Part shown: positions 1-16,292 of the stretch, in pieces | Layout: each line of letters starts with the position of its first letter | How positions within the stretch are numbered: the stretch's first letter is position 1 | Assembly (NCBI GenBank): GCA_951406725.2 | Contig: OX597835.1 | Location: forward strand, 4,402,001-4,466,000 | Source: Octopus vulgaris | Lineage: Eukaryota | DNA length: 64,000 bases | Reading direction: 5' to 3' | Translations under genes and position numbers: made by a program | The notes under the pieces: model-generated | Told to the model about the DNA's origin: nothing | What the model saw: the letters and a program-made list of their open reading frames with translations, nothing else | Databases searched by the model: none

Positions 1-357
1 GTTATGTATGCATATATATATATATATGCTTGTATAAATTATTCTCATCAAACTGGGTTGAGATGCTAAGGTCAAAAATATTTCGGTACTAAACCATTTT
101 TCAGCCCCGAAAATCTACAACAGTTCATGTTGTATGCTGTGGATTCTTGGCTGATGTTGTTGTTGTTGTTGTTGTTAGTGGTGGGGTGGTGGTGATGGGG
201 GTGGGGTCGGTGGTTGTTATGGTAATGATGACGGTCGTTGTAGTAGTAGCAGAATTTTTGGTGGGTTGGGGACGCTAGTGGTGGTCATCATGTGATGTTT
301 GTTTTTCAGTTTTGGTGGTGAAACACATCGTGGAGGTATTGTTACTAAGGGTGCTTA

Positions 358-409
<52 letters not shown>

Positions 410-667
410 TGTAATAGTAGTAGTAGTAGTAGTGTAAAAGCGAGAAAACCTCACAGGCTGGTATTTCTGAGAAATCAGAGGTGGCAAACAAAATACCTGC
501 TGGTATTCTGGTCCATCCGTTTATGTTTTGGATTCAATCCCGCAAATGTCATCTTTGTCTTTCTCTGTTCCAGGGTCTATAAAATCAATGCCCCAATGTC
601 GATATAATCGATAGACCTAAACCCTGTTTATAGAATTTTAAGATTTCCTTAATATTGGTTTGTGTGC

Positions 668-733
<66 letters not shown>

Positions 734-1225
734 GTGTGTGTGTGTGTATGTGTGTGTATGTGTGTGTGTGTGTGTGAGTTTATGTATGTATGAATGAATA
801 AATAGTGTTGTTTATGCAATTACATGTACACGCATGCATGTTCTTACAAGTATGTGTGTGTGTATGTGCATTTAAACGCCTGTATATGTATATATTTGCA
901 TGTCAGTATGTGTGTGTCTGTATACACCCGTGTGGGTGTATGTATTTACATGCCTGTCTATGGTGTTTGTGCGTGTATTTATACGTTTATTTGCTTGTGT
1001 GTGGTGTGTGTTCCAGATGTGGAGAAGGTATGAGAGGACACATCAATAACTGCCACCCCTGTAAATACCCTAACTACGCCAGACCACCTCGCCCGGGTAC
1101 GCAACTCAAACATTACTAAATGACTTGATGTCTTTCTACAGATGCTGACAAAACTCTTTCGGGGTGGAATATTCGAAATAGTTATAAGTGTTTGTGTTGT
1201 GTGGGTGGGTGTATTTCCCCTTATA

Positions 1226-1258
<33 letters not shown>

Positions 1259-2619
1259 GTATATATGTGCATACATATACACAAATATATTCGCATATAT
1301 ATCAGACACATAAATGTGTGTATATATATGTGTATGTATATATATATATGCATATATATATATATATGTATGTGTGTATGTATGTATATACATGTATATA
1401 TATATGTATACACACACATATACATGTGTGTATGTGTGTGTGCGTACATGTATGTGTGTATGTATTTATGTATGCGTATGTGTGTGTGCGTACATGTATG
1501 TGTGTATGTATTTATGTATGCGTATGTGTATGGGGTGGCAGCACTTGGCTTAGTGTTAAGGAACTAAAACTCAGGATTGTAAGATTGTGGTTTTCATTCC
1601 TGGGCCAAACGAGGCTTTGTGTTCTTAAGCAAAACAGTTTTTTCCACGGAATCCGGGAAACCGTCCTAATATGCCTATAAGCGAAGAAGGACCTTTTCGT
1701 TTTATCTATGAATTAAGCAGTCGAGGTGTCTGATCCGGCAGAAATTCGTACCATTAAATTTGAGTTGATGAAAATTTAAAATTAAAGTTTTACTTTCTAT
1801 CGCCCTTCTAACTACACTTTGGGGTCATTATAATCATGACCCGGCACAATAGCGATAGGGGTTGACCCGAGTGGAGTCAGGAAGAAGGTAAGTTTTCGAC
1901 ACAAGTTGTGCTCCTAACAATACAACTCTTCTATTTCCTGCCCTGACAACTAAACCATTGTGAAAGAAATGTGTTAAACTATGCAATCCTAAAATACATT
2001 AAAATTTGAGGAATATCGTAACCACAATGAATTACTGCGATATTGAAAATGAAAGAAGTCATGTCTCTCGGTGTTTATTTCTCTGTTAGAAAATAGACTG
2101 AGATTAAATGCACTTGGTATTCTGGTTCATGCTTATATTTGGCTCAAATCGCTTCAGTAAATTAAAAATGATTTCGACAAACAACCTCGCAACGTTAATA
2201 TAAATTAATTATATTTGATGTTGAAAATGGATAGAAGTGCGATTAGTTTTGTTAGGTGAATTTTTCTTAATTTGTTGCAATTAGAGTTCTTTTTGTTTTT
2301 TCATTACTTTGTATAAAATTGAGCGAATATATTAAATAACATTTGGATCCAATTTTCTAAAGCAACAAATCAACAGATTTCAGCAGTCGTAGACCAAAGT
2401 TGTTAATTATGAGAAAATATTTTAAGAAAATAATAATTATTCTTGGTTGATAGGATTTCCGTTTGTGAACTGGTCTGATCAGCATAAGCAACTGAGATGA
2501 AATAGTTATACAGGCTCAAAGGTTTGGGCGAAAATTATGAGTAATGGGGAAGTATATTAAAAGTATTCTGCATCTTTGCTGTAGATGGAAGACTTTTTTT
2601 TAAGATAGTGGAAGAAAGA

Positions 2620-3020
2620 TCTAGTTCTTAGCTCCATTGTTTTGGAGTTTATAAATTAAATTGGGAGAGGATATTTAAATAAATGCAAATTAAAAAATAA
2701 ACCGAATTTGTCCTTCAAGAAATTGTATTTCATCCTTATTAAAATTTCACAAAGTAGACTTTCAATTTGTAACAGTATACATTACTAATTTACACCACTA
2801 CTCTTTAGGAAAATAACGTGAGTTGGTAAAGTGCATACTTTTCTTTGGTGAAGACCGAAAAATGTAATAATATTATCAAGAAAATTTTCGCTTAGGATTG
2901 AAAAAATATCTACATAGAAAATTGTAATGAGACGGCACCCAGCTATAACGGAGATCCCGCCAGTTATTGCATTAATTAGAAAGTTTACTGTGTAGATTCT
3001 ACGCACAACAACCAGTAACT
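2620..3020 (-). mobile_element. Possible highly decayed Penelope/Neptune reverse-transcriptase remnant
   Basis: Minus-strand GISVIAGCRLITIFYVDIF, LPTHVIFL and FLEGQIRFIF loosely follow the PLE RT motif order (RPIIAG..VD; LPxxxILV; FILE.I.FIL). The match is weak. Confidence 0.3.
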
Positions 3021-3912
3021 TATAATACTAAGATGAAGAACAGGAACAGCTATTGGACCAATATGATTTGATTTCATCCACCACAGAGCTTAAGTGTACT
3101 TGACGCGTTAGCAAAGTCGAGCTTCCACCTTCTTAGAAGATACTCCTGCACTCAGCTATAGATTTCGTTGATTGGGGAAAAATGCTTCACTCGTTTTATA
3201 AGCTCGGTTAGAATGGAACATACGACTATTTGTCACTAATCATTTATATTCACCGCAAACAATATATTTAATGCATTGTCTTATATATATATAAATTTAT
3301 AAATAAGGATAATATCGATACTATCAAGTGGCCAGCATGGGAATAAATACCATACAAAGGTAAAAATTTTTTACGACTATAAATAAGGGTGTCTGAGAGA
3401 CACCACCATGCCGAAATAGCAATCAAATCCCTGACTCTGAAAACCACCTTAAATGTTCATATTGCGCCATGAGATAAGACAGAGAGACAGAATAGAGTAG
3501 CAAAAGGATATTACTGAATAATTCAAGATCCTGGATTTCTAGCTTTGCTTCAAATAAGCTCTGCCTTCACCAGTTGAATATATCAGATGGGCACATAAAT
3601 GCACGTATGTACAAGGCCAGTTCAAATCGCCCGCCAACCACCTCATAGGCGCGATATGGTCAAAATAAACACCGCAATGAATATAGTGACGAATTATATC
3701 GTACCTGTGGCTATGGCGAAAGAATGTGTATGGTGGACGCGTCTGAAAGGTCTAGAGACAAACACTTTTGTCTCTGGTGAATGATTTTTTTTAACCACGA
3801 CCCCTTTTGATCAAAATTCTACCCCCACATTTTTTTCTTTCTTTCCCAGAAAGAAAAACTCTACTTTGTATTTTGTCCGCTCTGTGTTCAGCCGTGTGGT
3901 CAATAAAGAAAC

Positions 3913-4345
<433 letters not shown>

Positions 4346-4887
4346 CGTATTAATGTATTTAAGTAGGTATACCCACATACACACCTGCAGATGTATAGAA
4401 TAATCTCGCTGACATTCCCTGCCACACAATCCCCCCACCCCCTCCGAACCGTTCTGTCAGTAGTTTTTTCAAAGCAAGTTATTTCTTCATCTTGCCAATT
4501 ACTTCTAATAAATATGAAACCATTTATTACGATCTATTATGGCTGACATCAATCCAGATCTACCTTATCAACATGGCACCCACAAATTCCGAAACAACAA
4601 TTTTTACCGAATCTAACAAGAATTTTGCTCTTTTTTCTTGTTTGTTTGTTTGGTTCTTTCTTTCTTTCTTTCTTTCCTTCTTTCTTTCTTTCTTTCTTTC
4701 CTTCTTTCTTTCTTTCTTTCTTTCTGTTTTTCTTTTTATATCGTATTTTCTGGTTTCTAAGCCAGACTCCGTTTCTTCATTCATTACTTTTATTTAAAAA
4801 AACCCCCCAAAAAAACCAAACAAAAGGTTTTGTTGTTTTTTTTTGTTGTTATTTATGTTATTACTAGAAGTGATGTTATCATTACCA

Positions 4888-5062
4888 ACCACCACCACCA
4901 CCACCACCACCACAACCACCGCTACAAGCACCACCACCACCACCACCACAACCACAACCACCACTACAAGCACCACCACCACCACCACCACCACCACAAC
5001 CACAACCACCACTACAAGCACCACCACCACCACCATCATCATCATGTTTTTACACATTCTCA

Positions 5063-5107
<45 letters not shown>

Positions 5108-5424
5108 CACCCCCGCTGCCTCTACCGTTGTTGCTGCTATTGTGGCTCTCGTTTTCTTTGGTGCTTTCTTTGCCTTTTTGATCTTCTCGATGTAATTATT
5201 ATTGCTGCTAATAATGACGTTAACAATGATGGCGAGGATGGAAGAAAAAATGATGACGATGACGACGATAATGACGATGATGACGATGATGACGATGATG
5301 ACACCCAGCTGTAATAATAATAATAAGAATGATGATGATGATAATAATAATAATGATAATAATAATAATAATAATAATGATGATGATGATAATAATAATA
5401 ATGATAATAATAATAATAATAATG

Positions 5425-5458
<34 letters not shown>

Positions 5459-5478
5459 TGATGATGATGATGATGATG

Positions 5479-5572
<94 letters not shown>

Positions 5573-5619
5573 TGATGATGATGATAATAATAATAATAAT
5601 GATAATAATAATAATAATG

Positions 5620-5716
<97 letters not shown>

Positions 5717-5770
5717 TAATGAGAAGAAGAGGAAGAAGAACAACAACAACAACAATAATATTGATAATGA
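4888..5770. repeat. Compound trinucleotide array (CAC/CTA/GAT/AAT)
   Basis: Seen directly in the sequence. Confidence 0.95.
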
Positions 5771-6260
5771 TGAAAATTAATACGAAAGGAATCGTAAAAT
5801 AAAACAATAAAAAAAAAACAGAAATAAGAGCCAAATAGCAGCATGGAGCAAGAAGTTTAGAGAAAGTCTGTTAAGTTGGCAGCTGGAATTTGGTGTCTGT
5901 AGACAACGTTGGCAATGTTATAGAATTAGCTCCAGCATTTGTGTACACTGTCTGTCTCTCTTTCAAAACCAGCACTTCACATCACACATGCCCCCTCTCT
6001 CTTTCATTTATATATATATATATATATATGTTTCTAACAGTCGAGCCACCACACAGAGGTACCGAACTGCAGTTTTCCTATATAGCTTTTGCTGCTGTTG
6101 TCTTTTTCTTCTTCTTCCAATCAGGACTCACGCCATTAGCCACAAAGAATAATCTCTAATTCGAGCCTACTCTAAGCTACTAAGAATGCTTGTGGCAATC
6201 CACCCACCACACGCGGTAGACTGGCGGTTGTTATCCTCATTCCGTAAACGGTTGCTTTTT

Positions 6261-6549
6261 AGCGGGTGGAGAGCTGAACCATCCTGGGGTACAGAGGATT
6301 CGCAAAGTTTACCACACCATAGTGGGTTACACTATGGTTCCTCTGCTTTATGGCAGAAGTAGGAAGAAAGAGTGGGAGAAAGTTGTAGTGAAAGAGTACA
6401 GCAGGGTTCACCAGTACCCCTCGCCGGAGCTTCGTAGAGCTTAGGTGTTTTTGCTCAATAAACACTCACAATGCCCGGTCTGGGAATCGAAAACGCGTTC
6501 TTACGACCACGAGTCCGCTGCCCTAACCACTGGGCCATTGCGCCTCCAC
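6261..6549 (-). mobile_element. SINE family B with a third tail type
   Basis: Head is the reverse complement at 6430-6549; flanked by TGCTTTT; the 3' part is unlike other copies. Confidence 0.8.
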
Positions 6550-6883
6550 TGCTTTTGTTGTCTTCATCGTCGCTATTGTTATCGAGACTCGTCTGACTCC
6601 AGGTCTCGCTAGCAATCTTTCATATTGTGACTACGACTGATTTTGCAGATGTCATTCTACACTCCCTTACATCATCCAATATATATATGCCCTTTATATC
6701 AATACCATACACCTTCTTACATCACCACTATACACTCTCTGACATCATCAGTCATGGCGGGTGTCCTGATAAATCAAAGATCAAGATATGGAGTCGCTTA
6801 CGTAACAATAAAATCAGCAGGTGCGGACAACATAATGGCCAAGAGTGAATTCAGTGGTTTTTATAGAAAGACGTGTGTGCTTA

Positions 6884-6929
<46 letters not shown>

Positions 6930-7070
6930 TGTGTGTGTGTGTGCGTGTGTGTTCGTAACTCTGTGCATGCGCATATGTATTTATATATGTTCTCACATAT
7001 ATGTACGTATACATGTGCGTGTATGTGTCTGTGTATGTGTGTGTATTTAGATATTCATTTGTACTTATAT

Positions 7071-7235
7071 ATAGGCGTGGGAGTGGCTGTGTGTTAAGTA
7101 GCTTGCTTACCAGCCACATGGTTCCAGGTTCAGTCTCAGTACGTAACACCTTGAGCAACTGTTTTCTACTACAGCTTCGGGCCGACCAAAGCCTTGTGAG
7201 TGGATTTGGTAATGGAAACTGAAAGAAGCCTGTCG
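7071..7235 (+). mobile_element. SINE family C 5' half (another at 58182-58348)
   Basis: tRNA-like head ending at the internal (TA)n. Confidence 0.8.
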
Positions 7236-7401
7236 TATATATATATATATAATTTTTATAATTATGAGTATAATTATAATTACACTCATAATTATAAAAA
7301 TCATTCTTTAAATTTACCGAAAATGGTTCTTTTAACATGCCGAAACTACTTGGTAAAATTATTATTAATTAATTAATTAATTAATTAATTAATTTTACCC
7401 T

Positions 7402-8075
<674 letters not shown>

Positions 8076-8729
8076 ATGGGACAGTCGGACAAGTTGTTTT
8101 GAGAAAATTTGGTTTAAATGTTTGACAACTCAGCACCGTCCATTGGACGGGGGGGGGGGAGAGGGAGGGTAGTTTTGCTCGTATATATATATATATATAT
8201 ATACATGTATATGTATAAATACGCACAGATACATACAGACAAATACACACACACACACATACACACACATACACATGTTCATAGTAACAAAGCCTCAAAA
8301 GCAAACATACATACACACACACACTTTCATAAAGCCACACACATCCCCTCAGACAAATACAGAAGAAATATGAACCCATTCACTCACTCCTTACACACAC
8401 ACACACACACACACATGCTCCTTGTGCAAGAACAAGATCCCTAACAATGTACGTAGGGGTTCTAATCCCTAACAATGTGTGTGTAGTCATCACAAGCCGG
8501 TCATCAATCACGGGGACACAAACTAGTGGGAGGAGGGGTGAAGGGGGGGTGAAGAGGGGTTCTGAGAGGTGGGTGGCGGGTGTGGGATTACAGAAGCCAA
8601 ATTGTGGAGGCAGCTGATTTGATAGAATGAGAGGGGGCGGGGTAGACGGTGAAGTATGGTGGCGATAGTGATGGTTATGGGTGGGATGGGGTGGTGGTTG
8701 CCGTTGGTAGCGGTGATAGTGATGGAGCA

Positions 8730-9075
8730 TGATGGTAGTGGCGGTGGTGGTTCTGGTGGTGTTGGTGGTTCTGGTGGTGGTTCTGGTGGTGTTGGTGGTT
8801 CTGGTGGTGGTGGTGGTGGCTCTTCTGGTGGTGGCGCTGGTGGCGGTGGTAGTGGTGGTGATAGTTCTGGTGGTGGTGGTGGTTCTGGTGATGGTGGTGG
8901 TGGTGGGGGCGTTGGTGGTGGTGGTGGTTCTGGTGGTGGCGCTAGTGTTGGTGGTGGTGGTTCTGGTGGTGATGGTGGTTCTAGTGGTGTTGGTGGTTCT
9001 GGTGATTGTGGTGGTTGTGGTGGTTCTGGTGATTGTTGTTGTTGTTGTGGTGGTGGTGGTGGTGATGATAGCGAT
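8730..9075. repeat. (GGT)n-based minisatellite with GGTTCT punctuation
   Basis: Seen directly in the sequence. Confidence 0.9.
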
Positions 9076-9299
9076 AGTAGTGATGGAAGGGTGGTAGCGG
9101 TGGTGCAGTAGCCCAATGAAGAGAAGATTGAATACTCGTGACTATGGATAGAGTCCAAGAAGAAACCGGATTTGAGATCAAGAACAGTGGTGGTGGGCAC
9201 GGATGGCTTCAAAAGAAATAAATTCGAATATTTGTTATTACAGGTAGGTAGATACAGAGGAAGGAAAAGAGGTATTTAGTACACTTGAGTGTGTATGTA

Positions 9300-9338
<39 letters not shown>

Positions 9339-9385
9339 TTACGTTACCGTATGAACGCATTTGATCGTATGTATATGACAGTGTG

Positions 9386-9680
9386 TGAAGACACGTGGCT
9401 TAGTGGTTAGGGCGTTCGGCTCACAGTCGTAAGGTTGTGAGTTCGATTTCTGGCAGTGTTGTGCCTCTTGAGCAAGACTCTTTATTACACGTTGCTCCAC
9501 TTCACACAGCCGGCAAACATGAGTTGCACTTGTAATTCAAAGGGGGCCAGCCTTGTCACATCTTTTCTCCTGCTGAGTCTCGCTTAGAATATCGTTAAGG
9601 GTACACGTGCTTGGAGAGTGCTCAACATCTTGCTCTTTAATTTGTCGAGCAAGCTCTTCCATTGATTAGATCAACTGACA
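9386..9680 (+). mobile_element. Older tRNA-derived SINE (family D), sharing a tail with family B; another copy at 24443-24606 (-)
   Basis: GTGGCTTAGTGGTTAGGG..GAGTTCGATT head, a CTTGAGCAAGAC box, then CCTTGTCAC..TTAAGGGTACACGTG..GAGTGCTCA. Confidence 0.7.
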
Positions 9681-9935
9681 ACAGCTGACTGATTTTATAT
9701 CTCTAGATTTCAGATGCTCTTGACTGGAGCGTCTTTCCACTTCTCGACCCTTTTGGTGCGTTTAAATGCCTCCTCCCCCGGCCTCGCACACTAATTCCCA
9801 TACTTTAGTCCAAAACATCTCACTTCAAGATATAATAACCCTGTAACGGTCAGGGGCTCTGTCCCTTCAACCAGCCTCTGCTTTTAAAAAAAAAAAAACT
9901 TTTTTCACTTTGTTCGCACTTTCGTTTTTTGTTTT

Positions 9936-9976
<41 letters not shown>

Positions 9977-11128
9977 ATACTCACACACACATTCGCACAT
10001 ACAATCATACACTCGTACTCGGTCAAACGTTTCCACTGCTCTGTTGCTTGAGAAACCCTAACCCTAACCCTATACACTATATCCTATACCTATACCCTAT
10101 ATACTACATCTCATACCAATGCCGGTCCACCCCCCCTAGCTACTTCGATTATCAATAATCAATTGATCACTAGTTGCTGATCGATTTGATTTTCGTTCCA
10201 ACCCAAAACAAAAATAACGTTGACGGAGTCCGACAAGAGGAATATTTAGATTTCAGTCGGTTTAACGCTTTGACAACGGAAGATAAAACTTGGTCCTTGT
10301 GTTCTGTTGACATTCTGAGAGGTTAATTAGCTTACAATATTGGCTTTGCGTCTCCGAGAGAGAAACTAGGTGTGTGGGCGCCGGGTGGTAATGGGGGTAG
10401 ATTGGAAACTGGAGAGTGAAAGCCAACTCACATAAAGTCTCCTTTGCTGGTGAAATCAGTTTCTAATGAATATATGAATACGGAATTAAAAACTGGAGAG
10501 ACTGGACAAGTTCCGCCTCCTGTTATCATCATCGTCGTCGCCATCGTCGCCTCCTCCTCCTCCTCATCATCATCATCATCATAATCTTCTTCTTTTTATC
10601 GTTCTTCCTCCTCCTCCTCCTCTTCTTCCTCCTCGTCTGCTAATCAACAATAGCTTAACAGCAACTACACCATCACAAAGACAAACACCAACGTCTATAA
10701 AAGCCATCACACTCACCACTTCCCTATGTAACACGCACCTACAGCTACCAGCAGCACCACCAATACCACCACCACCACCACCACCACCACCACCGCTACC
10801 ACAACCACCACCACCACTGTAGTCTCCCCCCGTCCCCAGTGTTGTTAAAGTAAGTTGATTAATGAAGAACTTTCGTCAATTTGTCAATTGTGGGTAATTG
10901 TCATCCAGTTGTAACATGTCACACTTTGAGATGGAACTAATACGGAAACACGTGTAGTGAGATCGGGTTGGGGGGGAGGGCGAAGTATGTGTGTGTGTCT
11001 ATGTCCATATATGTGCTGTGTGTGTATGTGGATATATGTATGTGTGTGGAGATCTGTTTATATGCGTACACTCAGGCACGGTCGAACATAATGGCATTTA
11101 TAAATATTTAAATACATACACATTCTTA

Positions 11129-11231
<103 letters not shown>

Positions 11232-11236
11232 GTCTG

Positions 11237-11313
<77 letters not shown>

Positions 11314-11429
11314 GTGTGTCTGGAGGGAGCGAGAGAGAGAGAAAGAGAGAGAGATTTATATATACAACATACAGACACGTTTATACATACGAGTAGGTAG
11401 ATACACACACACATACATACACACACACA

Positions 11430-11483
<54 letters not shown>

Positions 11484-12283
11484 GAGGCATATTTGTACAT
11501 AAATAAATATATATATATACACATTATATATATATATATATATATATATACATTATATACATATATACATTATATATATATATATACATTATATATATAA
11601 CATGTGCTTAAGAATACGTATGGATATATACACGTGTGTCTGTGAGTATGTGTGTGTAAGTATGTGTGTGTGTGTGTGTGTGTGTGTATGTATCTGTGTG
11701 TGTGTGTGTATGTGTGTAGTTCCGATGTTGTCAATTGCTCGTCACCATCTGCTCGGCTTATACAATGTCAAGTGCGACCGTAATGAATAAGTCATTAAAA
11801 ACTCTTTTGCTCCTCGGTTGTTGTGTTTTGGTGTTTGATGTGGAAGAGAGACGGACACAGACAGGCACACGGACAGAATGATGGTCGAAATGGAGTTTGT
11901 GACCAGTAAATACTAGCAAGCAGCGCCACCACCTCAACCACCAATCCCACCACCCTACATCTCAAGAATCTTCTAAAGGGGTCCAATACATTTCGAATTT
12001 TGTGTTTCATTCTTCAATTCTTGTATCTATTTCAGTCACCGGACTGCGGCTGTGCGGTGGCTCTGACTTTAAGGGTTTATCCAAAAAATCGACTCCTACC
12101 CTTATTTTAAAATATGGCCCTTACTCTATTGGACTCTTTTGCCAGACCACTATATAAAAGGGACGTGAATAAAACCGATACCAACTGTTCAGAGACAATC
12201 AGAAACAAAAGGATTCATACGTATATTACACACACTCACACACACACACACACAACACACATATACACACATACAGATATACA

Positions 12284-12441
12284 TAGGAGTGGCTGTGTGG
12301 TAAGTAGCTTGCTTACCAACTACATTGGTTCCGGATTCATTCCCACTGCGTGGCACCTTGGGGTAGTGTCTTCAACTATAGCCTCGGGCCGACCAAAGCC
12401 TTGCGATGGATTTGGTAGACGGAAACTGAAAGAAGCTCATC

Positions 12442-12493
<52 letters not shown>

Positions 12494-12696
12494 ATGTTTG
12501 TGTGTCTGTGTTTGTCTCCCCAACATCGCTTGACAACTGATGCTGGTGTGTTTACGACCCCTGTAACTTAGCGGTTCGGCAAAAGGGACCGATAGAATAA
12601 GTACTAGGCTTACAAAGAATAAGTCCTGGGGTCGATTTGCTAGACTAAAGGCGGTGCTCCAGCATAGCCGCAGTCAAATGACTGAAACAAGTAAAG
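12284..12696 (+). mobile_element. SINE family C (tRNA head, CORE-like box, internal microsatellite)
   Basis: GGAGTGGCTGTGTGGTAAG..GTGGCACCTTG..GGAAACTGAAAGAAG-(TA)n(TG)n-..GCGGTTCGGCAAAA..GCTCCAGCAT..ACTGAAACAAGTAAA. Confidence 0.9.
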
Positions 12697-12908
12697 CGTA
12701 ATAGTGTGTGTGTGTGTGTGTGTACCTATATGTATATATATTAAACACAAATACACATACAGAGAGAGAGGGGGGAGAAAGAAAAGAGAGAGAAAGAGAA
12801 ACTTAGTTTCCTGATTTTTTTCTTTCTGCTGATGACAACTTCCGTGCAAACTTTTAAAATCTACCTCCTCTCCCAAAATTAATTTCTTTCTCTCTCTCTC
12901 TTGCTCTC

Positions 12909-12951
<43 letters not shown>

Positions 12952-14108
12952 AAATCCCTTACACCCCCCTACTAATCTGTTTCCTTCTTCCAGGGCAAAC
13001 TTCCATCTGATGCTACTTCTTTTTCCATTCTTAGAATCTCAAACTCTTATTGAAGAAATAAAAAAAAAACTGTTTAACAACGAAACATGCAAATTTTGCA
13101 CTAAATAACTTTTCTCTTTAGATATCTGCTCATTTTTTGTTGTTCTTCTTTGTATTTCATTCACTTGCTCTCATACACTCTCTCTCTCTCTCTCTCTTTC
13201 TCTTTCTCTCTCTTCTCATCCCTCTCTCTCTCTCTCTCTCTTGAAATTCACATATACTCACGCATGCACACACACATATATATGCATGTATGTATATATG
13301 TAGGAATATATATATAAATACATACCTATATGTGTACACATGCACGCAAACAGACACACACACATACAAACACACAATTACACGCACACACACAAACACA
13401 CAAAAGCGCACACTATATCGAAGTATGGAGAAAACAACGCCGAACGCTGAATTGTACATTTTTTTACTGAAATTTAACTCAAACTTCTGATACCTTAGGT
13501 TTCACATTGACACTATCGTATTTTCAGAAGAATTTGCTCAGCCAAGATTTGTCATTGCTGACAGTTGGCCTAAATTACTGACGCGAATATGAATCGAAAT
13601 TGCAGGTGACATGAAATGCTAACATCTATTTCAGTCAAGGATAACGGTTGATGTTGCTAGATTTCAAAGTGTTTACTTTCCTTCGTGGGTCTCTTAGAAA
13701 AGAGGAATGTTTACTCGGCGTCCACTTTACGATTGTCATTCATGATCAGAAAATCGTTTGATAAAATAATGGTTATCGCATAAATAATTTGGCATCGGAT
13801 CTTCAATACTGACATTCACATTTTTTATTCTTCCTTTGTCAGGAAGGAGTTTATGACCCACACATCTAGGGCTGCAGATAAAGTGTGGCAGAACAAGGAC
13901 TTAAAGTCTAAGGACTTGTTCCCTTTGGGGTGTGTCAGAGAAGTTGAATAAGCTACAGGCAGAAACAACTGGTACATTACATGTAAGAGTAGCAGAAGAC
14001 TTGTATCACAACGCATTCATGTATATATCTATATATACATGCATACACACACACAAACTCACAGGCCCGCACGCACGTGTACACATACATATATATAATC
14101 ACACATGA

Positions 14109-14340
14109 AGGCGGCGAGCTGGCAGAAACGTTAGCACGCCGGGTGAAATGCGTTGCCGTATCTCGTCTGCCGTTACGTTCCGAGTTCAAATTCCGCCGAG
14201 GTCGACTTTGCCTTTCATCCTTCCGGGGTCGATAAATTAAGTACCAGTTACGCACTGGGGTCGATGTAATCGACTTAATCCGTTTGTCTGTCCTTGTTTG
14301 TCTCCTCTGTGTTTAGCCCCTTGTGGGTAGTAAAGAAATA
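14109..14340 (+). mobile_element. tRNA-derived SINE family A
   Basis: AGGCGGCGAGCTGGCAGAA (A box)...GAGTTCAAATTCC (B box)...GTCGACTTTGCCTTTCATCC; many copies in the window. Confidence 0.88.
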
Positions 14341-14883
14341 TATATAATCACACAGACACACATATATACATATATATGTGTGTGTGTATATATATATGTA
14401 CATACATAAGACGTACACGCATGTGTATTTACAGAAGTGCATGCACACGTATATAAATACCTACATACATACATGCAATTAAAGTGTAACCTTTGAAATA
14501 TATACACCTCTCAAATTAATCAGTATGAACATGGAAACATATGCTAGTAAAAATTTTGATTAATTAAAACTGCTCGATGTACTTATTAACCCCAGCCAAA
14601 AGATTCATAGAAACAGGAATGTGGAGAGGTTTACACTGCTCTGCACTTCCATGGAATCGCAGCCGTTTTAATGTTGATGGCTTATTGCTGTGTGCGCGCG
14701 CGCTCAGAAGCAGGAGGTTCTGTCTGTCAATCTCGCTTACACTCACCCCTCGCGATATGTGTGTGCATATGAATGTCTGCATTTGTGTCTGAATATATAC
14801 ATACATACATACACACACACATACACACAGACCACATACACACACACACATATATATATGTGTGGCTAATAAAGAAACATATG

Positions 14884-14945
<62 letters not shown>

Positions 14946-15377
14946 AAATGGGACAAGAACACAAAACATTCAAATAGACAATGCAAAAACACGGACGGGT
15001 CATTCGAAGCCTCTCATCTTCAGTCAAGAACCGGATCATCCTCGCAATTTCGGCTGATTAATCTTGAAATTGCTCCAATATGGCCAGCCCCAAGGAAAAA
15101 CTAAACTACGAGCATTAGATTTCTTGGAAAAAGGATCGAATGTATACGAAACAAGGAAAGAAAAACGGACGATGTTACACGAATATAAATACACAAAAAA
15201 ATATGCATATTTGGCTACAGGACGTCACCAACGGTTCAAATAACATGAAATACGTAAACAAACGAGTTAAAATGTAAACAACGAAAAAAATGGAGAACAG
15301 GACCAGTAAACACAGAGAGCGACCCTTCATCCGTTGTCGATTGTCTATCTACTCCTCATTTCGAGCATTCCACGACA

Positions 15378-15499
<122 letters not shown>

Positions 15500-15907
15500 G
15501 GGTGTGCGTCTTTGTGTTGTTTGTCCTCCACCAACGCTTCACAACCGGTGTTTGTTTGTTCATGTTCCAGTAACTTAATGGTTTTACAAAAGGTGCCAAT
15601 AGAATAAATACCAGACTTCAAAAAATACGTACTGATAAGTACTGGGGTCGATTTGTTCGATTAAAGCCCTTCAATGTGGTGCCCCAGCATGGCCGATGTC
15701 CAATGACAGAAACAAGCAAAAAAAAAAATTGAATAAATATGAATTGTCATTGTGTGTTATTTGTGAAAAATTGATTTTTGTTTATCAAAATGACATTTCT
15801 TGATGCTGCCATTTCACCAAACACATGAATTATGATAAACTGAAAGAGTCTGCGTCTAAGATTTCAGCAGCAGCAGAAGCAGCAGCAGCAGTAGCAATAG
15901 AAGCAGT

Positions 15908-16292
15908 GGTTTGAAGCACTCCGTCGGTTACGACGACGAGGGTTCCGGTTGATCCGAACCAACGGAACAGCCTGCTCGTGAAATTAGCGTGCAAGTGGCT
16001 GAGCACTCCACAGACACGTGTACCCCTTAACGGAGTTCTTGGGGATATTCAGCGTGACACAGAGAGTGACAAGGCCGGCCCCTTTGAAATACAGGTACAA
16101 CAGAAACAGGAAGTAAGAGTGAGAGAAAGTTGTGGTGAAAGAGTACAGCAGGGATCACCACCCCCTGCCGGAGCCTCGTGGAGCTTTAGGTGTTTTCGCT
16201 CAATAAACACACACAACGTCTGGTCTGGGAATCGAAACCGTGATCCTACGACCGCGAGTCCGCTGCCCTAACCACTGGGCCATTGCGCCTCC
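15908..16292 (-). mobile_element. SINE family B, full length with TSD
   Basis: Reverse-complement copy of 36871-37254; CAATAGAAGCAGT flanks it at 15895 and 16292. Confidence 0.92.

Noticed and set aside
8523-9212. Pro-rich (-) or Gly-rich (+) protein
   Set aside because: It is a (GGT)n minisatellite open in several frames, with no supporting exon structure or domain.
10054-10072. Interstitial telomeric repeat (CCCTAA)x3
   Set aside because: Too short and degenerate to be meaningful in this SSR-rich DNA.
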